DNA of 45,811 nucleotides. Origin: Gemmatimonadota bacterium (GTDB taxonomy: Bacteria; Gemmatimonadota; Gemmatimonadetes; Palauibacterales; KS3-K002). Shown piece after piece: positions 37,353-45,811 of this stretch. A program made the position numbers and the translations under genes. Position 1 is the first letter of the stretch; every line of letters starts with the position of its first letter. Under the pieces are notes generated by a model. The model saw only the letters and a program-made list of their open reading frames with translations. It ran no database searches and was not told where the DNA came from. The DNA lies in assembly GCA_016209945.1 (NCBI GenBank), contig JACQVD010000083.1:1-45811 (forward strand), in the 5' to 3' direction.

Positions 37353-38600
37353 ATGCGAGGGATCCGAGGAGCCATCTGCGCGCGCGCGAACACGCGCGAA
37401 GCGATCGCGGAGGCGACACAGACGCTCCTCCGCGAGATCGCCCAGCGGAACCGACTCCGGCGAGCGGACATCGTGAGTGTCCTGTTCACCATGACGCCCG
37501 ACCTGAACGCGGAGTACCCGGCCTACGCGGCTCGAGATATGGGGTGGCTGGAGGTTCCCATGCTCGGCGCTATGGAAACTCCGGTCCCCGGAGCTCCGAG
37601 GCGCGCCATCCGCGCCCTCGTCCTGGCCCGGGGAACGGCGCCGACCCGCCACGTATATCTCGGTCGCGCGAGTCAGATGCGGCCCGACCTCGCCGAACCG
37701 GGCGACGCGGAGAGGTGGGATGGGGTCGAGGCGGCCGGCGTGCGCGGCCAACTCGGCCGGCTCCTCGTGATCGGGCTGGGCCTGATCGGAGGCTCTCTGG
37801 CCGCCGCAGCCCGGCAGAGCGGACTCTTCGCCGAGGTCGTCGGGAGCGATGTCGATCCCGACGTCAGGACCGAGGCCTCCAGGCGAGGCCTGATCGATTC
37901 GGTCGCGGAATCGGAGGCCGCGGGGATGGGAGAAGCGGACCTCATCGTCCTCGCCGCGCCTCTGCAGGCTCTCCCGGAGCTCGTGCGAAAAGCCGCGCGC
38001 GCGGCGCGCGACGGCGCGATCGTGACCGACGTGGGGAGCCTCAAGGCCCCCGTGGTCGCTGCCATGGACGAACTCCCGCCGACGGTCCGCGCGGTGGGCG
38101 GCCATCCCATGGCGGGGAGCGAGCGTCGGGGCGTGGGCGCAGCGGACGCCTCGCTCTTCGAGGGGCCGCCCTGGGCGCTTGTGCCGACCCGGCGGACGGA
38201 TGGCGACGCGCTCGAGCGCGTGCAGCAGATGGTGATCGGGCTGGGTGCGCGTCCGGTGGTCTTGAGCGCCGCAGAGCACGACCAGGCCGTCACGTTCACG
38301 AGCCATCTCCCCGCGCTCCTTGCCTGCGCTCTCGCCAGGGTCGCGGGCGCCGCCCTCGGCGCGCTCCCTGCGGTTGCCGCGCTAGTGGGTCCGGCGTTCC
38401 GGGATGCGACGCGCGTGGCGGCCGCCGACGTCCGGTTGACGGCGGAGCTCCTGGGCGCCGATCCGGACAGGCTGGCCCAGGTGGGAGCGGTCTTGACGCG
38501 CGAGCTCGGGAGGTTGGTCACGGCCGCGCAGCGGCGGGACGCGTTGGACGCCCTCCTCTCCGAGGCCCGTGACTCTCGACTTCGTCTCGTTCCGACCTGA
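37353..38600 (+). CDS. Bifunctional AroH-type chorismate mutase / prephenate (arogenate) dehydrogenase TyrA
   Basis: The N-terminal ~115 aa match AroH-class chorismate mutase. Motifs are MRGIRGAI......EAI...T..LL.EI...N, MTPDLNAEYPA.AAR and TRHVYL.....MRPDL. The remainder is TyrA: Rossmann VIGLGLIGGSLA, GGHPMAGSE, SAAEHD..V...SHLP. The track start TTG 37290 would place the terminator hairpin inside the gene. Confidence 0.85.
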   Translation: MRGIRGAICARANTREAIAEATQTLLREIAQRNRLRRADIVSVLFTMTPDLNAEYPAYAARDMGWLEVPMLGAMETPVPGAPRRAIRALVLARGTAPTRHVYLGRASQMRPDLAEPGDAERWDGVEAAGVRGQLGRLLVIGLGLIGGSLAAAARQSGLFAEVVGSDVDPDVRTEASRRGLIDSVAESEAAGMGEADLIVLAAPLQALPELVRKAARAARDGAIVTDVGSLKAPVVAAMDELPPTVRAVGGHPMAGSERRGVGAADASLFEGPPWALVPTRRTDGDALERVQQMVIGLGARPVVLSAAEHDQAVTFTSHLPALLACALARVAGAALGALPAVAALVGPAFRDATRVAAADVRLTAELLGADPDRLAQVGAVLTRELGRLVTAAQRRDALDALLSEARDSRLRLVPT

Positions 38601-38614
38601 ACGGAGCCGTTCCC

Positions 38615-39667
38615 ATGATCATCGTACTTCAGAAGAACGCGACGCCCGAACAGATCGCCCAGATCATCGAGCGCGTGGAGGCCCACGGGCTCCGCGCCCA
38701 CCTGTCGCGGGGGACCGAGCGGACGATCATCGGCTGCATCGGCGATGAGGAGCTCCTCCGCACCGTGCCCTTGAAAGTCCTGCCGGGCGTCGAGGATGTG
38801 ATCCCGGTCCTCAAGCCGTACAAACTCGCGGCTCGCGCGTTCAACGAGTCGGGATCTGTGGTTCGCGCGGGTTCGGCGGCCTTCGGGAGCCGGGAATTCG
38901 TGGTCGCCGCGGGCCCATGCTCGGTGGAGAGCCGTGAGGGCTTCCTGGAAGTGGCGCGCGCCGTGGCGGCCGCGGGAGCGGCGTGCCTGCGGGGCGGCGC
39001 CTTCAAGGCCCGGACCTCGCCGTACTCCTTCCGGGGGCTGGGCGTGGAGGGCCTGAAGATCCTGGCGGAGGCGCGCGAGGCGACGCGACTTCCCGTCGTC
39101 ACCGAGGTGATGGATACGCGCCACGTCGAGCGCGTCGCCGAGTACGCCGACATGCTCCAGGTCGGAGCCCGCAACATGCAGAACTTCGATCTCCTGCGCG
39201 AAGTGGGCGCGTCGCTCAGGCCCGCGCTCCTCAAGCGGGGCATGTCGGCTAGCGTGACCGACCTCCTCCTCGCCGCCGAGTACATCCTGAGCGCGGGAAA
39301 CAGGGACGTCGTGTTGTGCGAGCGTGGGATCCGCACGTTCGAGACCGCGACGCGGAACACCCTCGACATCGCCGCGGTACCGGTGTTGAAATCCGAGACG
39401 CACCTGCCCGTCATCGTCGATCCGAGCCACGCGGCGGGCCGGCGCGACATCGTGCCGGCCCTCGCGGGCGCTGCCCTCGCCGCTGGCGCCGACGGGATCA
39501 TGGTCGAGGTGCATCCGCGCCCGGAGGAGGCGCTCTCCGATGGGGAACAGTCGCTCACGTTATCAGGCTTCGAAGGCTTGATGGATCGGCTGCGGGGTCT
39601 CGGGGAGGCCGTGGGACGCGGCGTGCGGGCTCCCCGAGCGGTTACGGCGCTTCCATTTTCCTCTTGA
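38615..39667 (+). CDS. aroF: 3-deoxy-7-phosphoheptulonate (DAHP) synthase, type I-beta with an N-terminal ferredoxin-like regulatory domain
   Basis: The N-terminal ~70 aa form an ACT/ferredoxin-like domain (MIIVLQKNATPEQIAQIIERVEAHGL.AHLS.G.ERT.IG.IGD). The catalytic barrel shows AGPCSVES; LRGGAFK.RTSPY.F.GLG; GARNMQNF.LL; L.KRG; ERGIRTFE...RNTLD; DPSH..G. Confidence 0.9.
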   Translation: MIIVLQKNATPEQIAQIIERVEAHGLRAHLSRGTERTIIGCIGDEELLRTVPLKVLPGVEDVIPVLKPYKLAARAFNESGSVVRAGSAAFGSREFVVAAGPCSVESREGFLEVARAVAAAGAACLRGGAFKARTSPYSFRGLGVEGLKILAEAREATRLPVVTEVMDTRHVERVAEYADMLQVGARNMQNFDLLREVGASLRPALLKRGMSASVTDLLLAAEYILSAGNRDVVLCERGIRTFETATRNTLDIAAVPVLKSETHLPVIVDPSHAAGRRDIVPALAGAALAAGADGIMVEVHPRPEEALSDGEQSLTLSGFEGLMDRLRGLGEAVGRGVRAPRAVTALPFSS

Positions 39668-40472
39668 TCGTCGTGGTCTCCTCCTCGGAATCCACGGGCG
39701 CCCCGGGCTTCACGCGCACGCTCTTCGCGGGGATCCCCACGTTCACGTGGTAGGGCCGCACATCCCGGGTGGCCACGGCGCACGCCCCCACCATGGCATC
39801 GCGCCCGACGCACACGCCAGCCAGGACGGTGGCGTGATACGTGATGCGGACGTCGTCCTCCAGAATCGTCTTCGCGCAGGTCACATCGCGCTGATCCACG
39901 ATGGAGTGCGTGTGGGAGTAGATGTTGGCGTAGTCGGCGATGGAGACTCGATCGCCCAGCACGATCCCGCCGCGGTCGTCCAGCAGCACGTACCGGTGCA
40001 CGACCACGTCGTCGCCCACTTCCATGTTGTACCCGAACGAGAACTCGACGAAGTGAAAGCACTTAAAGTTGCGGCCACAGCGCTTGAAGATGTACGGGGC
40101 GAGGAGGCGCCGGAATCCCACCCCCAGGTGCACGTTCTGGCCGAGGGGCGTGCGATCGAACAACTGCCACATCCATAGGAGCGGCTTCACCCGCGCAAAC
40201 TTCTCCGGATCGACTTCGGCGTAGTACTCGGGCTCCAGCGTGACGTTTCGAGGGTCGAGCTGGGCGAGCGCCACCTGCGCGCCGAGCGGGAGATCCTCGG
40301 GCCGCCGTTCCGCCATTTGGGGAAAGTAGAGATCGCGTAACACGCGTACGCAGAGCGCGTTGCGATCGCAGTCGGGTCGGCGGAGGTCGGCTTCGATGTC
40401 GGCGAGCCAGCGCTCGTAGAGCGCTGTCGGCTGACGGGATGGCCGGGTCACGCGCAGGGGAAGGAACGCCAT
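39642..40472 (-). CDS. Left-handed beta-helix (hexapeptide repeat) acyltransferase
   Basis: The C-terminal half has hexapeptide-repeat periodicity (VVVHRYVLLDDRGGIVLGDRVSIADYANIYSHTH..DDVRITYHATVLAGVCVGRDAMVGACAVAT..VNVGIPAK). Its 3' end overlaps aroF convergently by 26 nt. Confidence 0.75.
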   Translation of the reverse strand: MAFLPLRVTRPSRQPTALYERWLADIEADLRRPDCDRNALCVRVLRDLYFPQMAERRPEDLPLGAQVALAQLDPRNVTLEPEYYAEVDPEKFARVKPLLWMWQLFDRTPLGQNVHLGVGFRRLLAPYIFKRCGRNFKCFHFVEFSFGYNMEVGDDVVVHRYVLLDDRGGIVLGDRVSIADYANIYSHTHSIVDQRDVTCAKTILEDDVRITYHATVLAGVCVGRDAMVGACAVATRDVRPYHVNVGIPAKSVRVKPGAPVDSEEETTTIKRKMEAP

Positions 40473-40590
40473 GACCGTGTGACTATACGCGGGCGCCAGG
40501 GGGTGTCAACGCAACTCGGAATGCGTCGCGGGATGGGAAGCGCGACCACAGACGGCCGCGATCCCATTGCCGGGGCAGGGCAGCCCAATC

Positions 40591-40618
40591 TTGACGCGGT
40601 TCGCACCGCCGGTATAAT
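40591..40618 (+). promoter_or_regulatory. Near-consensus sigma70-type promoter: TTGACG, 16 nt, TATAAT
   Basis: TTGACG at 40591-40596 and a perfect TATAAT at 40613-40618 with a 16-nt spacer. It is directly upstream of the ApbE operon, and such a match is conspicuous in roughly 70% GC DNA. Confidence 0.6.
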
Positions 40619-40627
40619 GGGGCGCCG

Positions 40628-40661
40628 TTGAGAATCGTTCTCAATCTCAATAATTGTTATC
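40628..40661. promoter_or_regulatory. AT-rich operator region: palindrome TTGAGAA-TCG-TTCTCAA plus an adjacent Fur-hexamer-like CTCAATAATTGTTATC
   Basis: 7-3-7 inverted repeat at 40628-40644. The inner 15 bp, TGAGAATCGTTCTCA, resemble the 7-1-7 Fur-family box TGAnAATnATTnTCA. A second element follows at 40646-40661 (ATAA-TTG-TTAT). The region starts 9 nt after the -10 hexamer, where a repressor would block initiation. Confidence 0.55.
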
Positions 40662-40693
40662 GCTTCACCCGGAGGAGGAAGCCAATCCCAAGG

Positions 40694-41848
40694 TTGCAAG
40701 CGGCGCTGTTGGGCGCCCTGCTTCTACTCGCCCTGCCGATCCGGCCCGGGGAACCAGAGCGAACCGCTGGCCTCGGGGCGTCTCCCGAGCTTGTCCCCGA
40801 CCCCTCGCAGGCGCCATCAGGATCGGTGTGGGTCGAGCGAGAGGCATACCTCATGGGGACGACCCTCCGGGCGCGGGTCGCCGCCCCCGACAGGACGAGG
40901 GCGATCGCGGCGATCGAGCGTGTCTTTGCGGAGGTTCGCCGCCTGGAGCAGGTGCTGAGCACGTGGCGGGACGACAGCGAACTGGGCCGCCTGAATCGCG
41001 CCCCGGTCGGGCGGGCCTTTAACCCATCGCCCGAAGTCTTCTCTCTCCTTTTGGAAGTGCAGTGCTGGTGGCGCGCCACGGGCGGCGCGTTCGACCCGGC
41101 GATCGGGCCTCTCGTTGAGGCGTGGGATCTACGGGGAGCGGGGCGGTACCCGTCCGAGTCCGTTCTCGGCTCGGCCCTGGCCGCCAGCGGACTGGACCGC
41201 TTCTCCTTCGAGGAGGAGGCACGAGCGATTCGGCGGCTCGATGCGCGCGCCTGGATCGACGACGGCGCCTTCGGGAAGGGGGCCGCGCTGCGGGCGGCGC
41301 GCCGGATTCTCTTGCAGGGGAGCGTTCGCTCGGCGCTGCTCGATTTCGGCGGGCAACTCCTGGCACTGGGTGACGCGGCCGGGGATGGCGGCTGGGTCGT
41401 GGCCGTCGCGCACCCGTCGCGCCGTGACGAGCCCGCGGCCGAGGTTCGGCTTCGCGACCGGTCGGCGGCGACCACCTCGTCTTCCGAGCGCTTTGTGGAA
41501 GTGAGCGGGGAGCGGTTCGGTCACGTTCTCGATCCCCGCACGGGCCGGCCCGTGCGTCCATGGGGGAGCGTGACGGTCGTCGCCCCGGATCCCCTCGTCG
41601 CCGATATCCTCTCGACGGCCCTCTTCGTCCTGGGGCCGGTGGAGGCCCTGCGGTGGGCGGAGGCGCGCGAGGACGTCGCGGTGCTGGTCCTGGAGAACGC
41701 ATCCGGCGCGCCGGCCGCCTCGTCGAACCGGGCGATGGCGGGTTTGCTCGTGGATCTCGGGCCGGCCCGGGAAGTGACGGGAGGCGACAGCCGTATCCGA
41801 GAGGCCGAGAAGACTGCTCTGAGACAGGTGGAGCGGGCTGGAGACTGA
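40694..41848 (+). CDS. apbE: FAD:protein FMN transferase (ApbE family)
   Basis: LMGT...........A.AAI..VF.EV.RLE.VLS.W...SEL.RLN; GGAFDP.IGPLV.AW; FGKG.A...A. The start is uncertain. The track start TTG 40628 lies inside the operator, and in-frame TTG 40694 follows GGAGGAGGA (40671-40679). Confidence 0.85.
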   Translation: MQAALLGALLLLALPIRPGEPERTAGLGASPELVPDPSQAPSGSVWVEREAYLMGTTLRARVAAPDRTRAIAAIERVFAEVRRLEQVLSTWRDDSELGRLNRAPVGRAFNPSPEVFSLLLEVQCWWRATGGAFDPAIGPLVEAWDLRGAGRYPSESVLGSALAASGLDRFSFEEEARAIRRLDARAWIDDGAFGKGAALRAARRILLQGSVRSALLDFGGQLLALGDAAGDGGWVVAVAHPSRRDEPAAEVRLRDRSAATTSSSERFVEVSGERFGHVLDPRTGRPVRPWGSVTVVAPDPLVADILSTALFVLGPVEALRWAEAREDVAVLVLENASGAPAASSNRAMAGLLVDLGPAREVTGGDSRIREAEKTALRQVERAGD

Positions 41849-41866
41849 ACGCCAGAAGGGGGAAGT

Positions 41867-43201
41867 GTGATCCGCGCAGTGTCGTCACGGGTTCTCGTGT
41901 GTGCCATCGCGATCAGCTCCCTGGTCATGGTGCGGCAGGCCGCGGCGCAGGAGGGGGCCGCTCAGGACACGTCGCAGATCGCGGAGCTCCGGCGTCAAAT
42001 CGAGGCGATCACGCGCGAACTCGAGCAGCTGAGGCTGGGTCAGGAGGTCGTGGTCCAGGCCGACACGAGCGTGTACGGGCTGGGGCCCGCCGCGTCGAAG
42101 GTCTACCGCGCCCGGCAGGGCGTCTCCCTCGCCGGATATGGGGAGATGCTGTACGAGAACTTCTCCGAGGATCGGGAGGACGGCTCCCGCTCCGGCAAGA
42201 CGGACCAGCTCGATTTCCTGCGTGGGGTCGTCTACGTGGGATACAAGTTCAACGAGAGGTTCCTCTTCAACTCGGAGATCGAGTTCGAGCACGGCGCGAC
42301 GGACCAGGAGGGCTCCGTCTCCCTGGAGTTCGCGTACGTGGACTACATCCTTTCGCCCGGTCTGGGATTCCGGGCGGGGCTGCTCCTCCCACCGATGGGT
42401 CTCATCAACGAACAGCACGAGCCTCCGATCTTTCTCGGGACGAGCCGGCCCGAGACGGAGCTCCGCATCATCCCGAGCACGTGGAGGGAGAACGGGATCG
42501 GGATCTTCGGGCAGGCGGCCGGGTTCGCGTATCGGGCGTATCTGATCAACGGTTTCGATGGCGTCGGCGGCGGCTCCTCGGGCGCGAGCGGATTCAGCGC
42601 TGCGGGTCTCAGGGGCGGGCGCCAGAAGGGTTCGAGGGCGATGGCGGAAGACCTGGCGTTCGTCGGCCGAGTGGAGTACGTGGGGCCCCTCGGCTTCCTC
42701 ATCGGAACCTCGGTCTACGTCGGGAACTCGGGGCAGGGTCGGAGCGCGCCCACGGACCCCGAAGACGAGATCGGTGCCCGCGCCCTCATCTGGGAAGGCC
42801 ACGCCCAGTACAAGGCTCGCGGCCTCGACGTGCGGGGCCTCGTGGCCGTAGCCGATGTGGATGACGTGGCGGAGTTGAACGCGGTTAAGCGTCTGGAGGG
42901 AAGCGCGTCCATCGGCGAGCGCCTTGTCGGAGGTTACGTGCAGGCGGGGTACGACGTCCTTCACCGCCTGCGCACCGGGCAGCAGCTCATCCCGTACGTC
43001 CGCTACGAGAGGTTGAACACGCAGGACGAGGTCCCGGAGGGGTTCGAGCCCAATCCGGCCAACGACCGCAGGATCGTGTCGATCGGGGCCGCGTGGAAGC
43101 CGATCCCGAACATCGCCCTCAAGGCGGACTACCAGATCCACGGCAACGAGGCGGACACGGGCGTGGACCAGTTCAACGTGAACGTGAGCTACCTGTTCTA
43201 G
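41867..43201 (+). CDS. Porin-like outer membrane beta-barrel protein with an N-terminal coiled-coil segment
   Basis: There is a signal peptide ending QAAAQE and a heptad-like IAELRRQIEAITRELEQLRL. Alternating amphipathic beta-strand patterns follow. The C-terminal strand ends ..FNVNVSYLF with a terminal aromatic residue. A strong SD (GAAGGGGGAAG) precedes GTG 41867. Confidence 0.7.
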   Translation: MIRAVSSRVLVCAIAISSLVMVRQAAAQEGAAQDTSQIAELRRQIEAITRELEQLRLGQEVVVQADTSVYGLGPAASKVYRARQGVSLAGYGEMLYENFSEDREDGSRSGKTDQLDFLRGVVYVGYKFNERFLFNSEIEFEHGATDQEGSVSLEFAYVDYILSPGLGFRAGLLLPPMGLINEQHEPPIFLGTSRPETELRIIPSTWRENGIGIFGQAAGFAYRAYLINGFDGVGGGSSGASGFSAAGLRGGRQKGSRAMAEDLAFVGRVEYVGPLGFLIGTSVYVGNSGQGRSAPTDPEDEIGARALIWEGHAQYKARGLDVRGLVAVADVDDVAELNAVKRLEGSASIGERLVGGYVQAGYDVLHRLRTGQQLIPYVRYERLNTQDEVPEGFEPNPANDRRIVSIGAAWKPIPNIALKADYQIHGNEADTGVDQFNVNVSYLF

Positions 43202-43202
43202 C

Positions 43203-43808
43203 GTGCCGGGTCGCCCGCTTCGGTTCTGGGGGCTCGGGGGGCTCGGGCCCGTCCTGTTGTGGGCGTGTCTGGCCCGCCCCTTGCTTGGGCAGGTTTTCCT
43301 CACGCAAGAGGAGGCTCTCCGGCTCGCCTTTCCGGAGCCGGCGACGATCGAACGGAGGACGGCATATCTGGGGGAAGCGGATCTCAAGGCGGCGCGGAGG
43401 CTCGCGGGGAGCGATGTGGAGATCCACCAGAGGGTCGTTACCTACTACGTCGGGAGGCTCGGTGATCGGCCCCTCGGGGTCGCCTACTTCGATGCCCACC
43501 GCGTCCGCACGCTCCCCGAGGTCGTCATGATCGTGGTGTCGAGGGAGGGGCACATCGACCGGATCGAGATCCTCAAGTTCTCCGAGCCGCCGGAGTACCG
43601 CGCGCCGCACAGCTGGCTCGGGCAGCTGGAGGGGAAGGCTCTTACGGAGGATCTCGCGCTCAAGAAAAGGATCGTGAACATGACCGGCGCCACGCTCACG
43701 TCGCGCGCCATCACCCGGGGGGCGAGGCGGGTCCTCGCGCTGCACCAGGTCATTCGCCCCCTGGGGCTCTGGGGCGCGGAGAGGGGAGAGCCCGATGGCG
43801 CCTCTTGA
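43203..43808 (+). CDS. Periplasmic FMN-binding domain protein (ApbE substrate-type, NqrC/RnfG/NosR-like FMN_bind)
   Basis: A signal peptide is present. The sequence then reads FLTQEEALRLAFPEP....R. The flavinylation motif context is IVNMTGATLTSRAITRG, matching (S/T)GA(T/S) followed by LTS. It starts 1 nt after the OMP gene stop. Confidence 0.75.
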   Translation: MPGRPLRFWGLGGLGPVLLWACLARPLLGQVFLTQEEALRLAFPEPATIERRTAYLGEADLKAARRLAGSDVEIHQRVVTYYVGRLGDRPLGVAYFDAHRVRTLPEVVMIVVSREGHIDRIEILKFSEPPEYRAPHSWLGQLEGKALTEDLALKKRIVNMTGATLTSRAITRGARRVLALHQVIRPLGLWGAERGEPDGAS

Positions 43809-44331
43809 GCGGTGGTCGGTCTGGATCGCCTCGGCGCTCACCTTCCTCACGGGCGTCGGGTACATGTGGACGAAGTACTTCGTCGAGTCCGGCGATCCGT
43901 GGGCCGCTGTGAACCATCCGCTGGAGCCGTGGTTCCTGCGGGCGCACGTGGTCACGGCGCCCCTCCTCGTGTTCGTCCTGGGCGTCATCGCCTTGCGGCA
44001 CGTGTGGCGGCACTTCCGAAGCGGGACGCCCTCGGGGCGGAGAAGCGGCGTGTTGGCGGCGCTGGCGGTCGTGCCGATGGTGCTGACGGGCTACGTCATT
44101 CAGGTCGTGACGCACCAGGGGTGGCTGCGCGCGCTCGCGATCTCGCACATCGGCGTCGGGTTCCTCTACGCGCTCGGTCTCGTGCTGCACGAGTTCGCGC
44201 TCCGAAAGGCGTCCAAGCCGGCCGAGGACGGCGTGCCCCGGCGGGAGGAGCCGCGGCGCGAGCCGGTTTGGGCGGCCGGCGCCGGAGGGGGGCGCCCGCC
44301 GCGCTCTCCCGACGCGGCCGGAGTTTCCTAG
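43795..44331 (+). CDS. Four-TM His-rich membrane protein (cytochrome-b-like; family not recognised)
   Basis: Four predicted TM helices. His residues sit within or at the ends of TM2 (AHVV...LRHVWRH) and TM4 (SHIGVGFLYALGLVLHEF, an H-x13-H spacing). It overlaps the FMN-binding gene by 14 nt. Confidence 0.55.
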   Translation: MAPLERWSVWIASALTFLTGVGYMWTKYFVESGDPWAAVNHPLEPWFLRAHVVTAPLLVFVLGVIALRHVWRHFRSGTPSGRRSGVLAALAVVPMVLTGYVIQVVTHQGWLRALAISHIGVGFLYALGLVLHEFALRKASKPAEDGVPRREEPRREPVWAAGAGGGRPPRSPDAAGVS

Positions 44332-44337
44332 AAGGCG

Positions 44338-45811
<1,474 letters not shown>

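Overview
This is a very GC-rich bacterial chromosomal segment (about 70% G+C by eye, with strong G/C preference at codon position 3). It is densely packed with about 40 protein-coding genes, nearly all on the + strand. Many genes are joined by 4-nt ATGA/GTGA start/stop overlaps. The content is core housekeeping. It includes ddl (5' partial), a rhomboid protease, an EF-G paralog, yebC and ruvCAB. It also includes queA-tgt-yajC, def-fmt, thiE-thiS-thiG, rsmB, tsaD, lgt, a BamA/TamA-like Omp85 protein plus TamB, htpX, a lipid kinase, uvrA and acpS. An aromatic amino-acid operon (AroH-type chorismate mutase fused to TyrA, then DAHP synthase) and guaB (3' partial) complete the set. Gene content (Omp85/TamB, Lgt, porin-like OMP) indicates a diderm organism. 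A Gemmatimonadota-like origin is only a guess. I found no rRNA, tRNA, CRISPR array, transposase, integrase or recognisable defence system, so this does not look like a mobile or accessory island.

The observations most worth follow-up are:
1. A four-gene operon at 40.6-44.3 kb (ApbE flavin transferase, porin-like beta-barrel, FMN-binding periplasmic protein with a TGAT flavinylation motif, and a 4-TM His-rich cytochrome-b-like protein). It sits behind a near-consensus promoter and an AT-rich Fur-box-like palindrome.
2. A second palindrome of the same class in the same promoter-proximal position upstream of a cytochrome c-FTR1 iron permease fusion. This suggests one small iron-responsive regulon.
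3. A GrdB/PrdB-family gene that ORF callers split at an in-frame TGA. The TGA lies in a U-x-x-C context with a downstream hairpin, so it is probably selenocysteine.
4. A candidate Tyr/Trp-codon leader peptide with terminator and antiterminator structures ahead of the aromatic operon.
5. G-quadruplex-capable 9-nt in-frame tandem repeats inside queA and at the 3' end of thiG.

All functional calls come from reading the translations. No database search was run.
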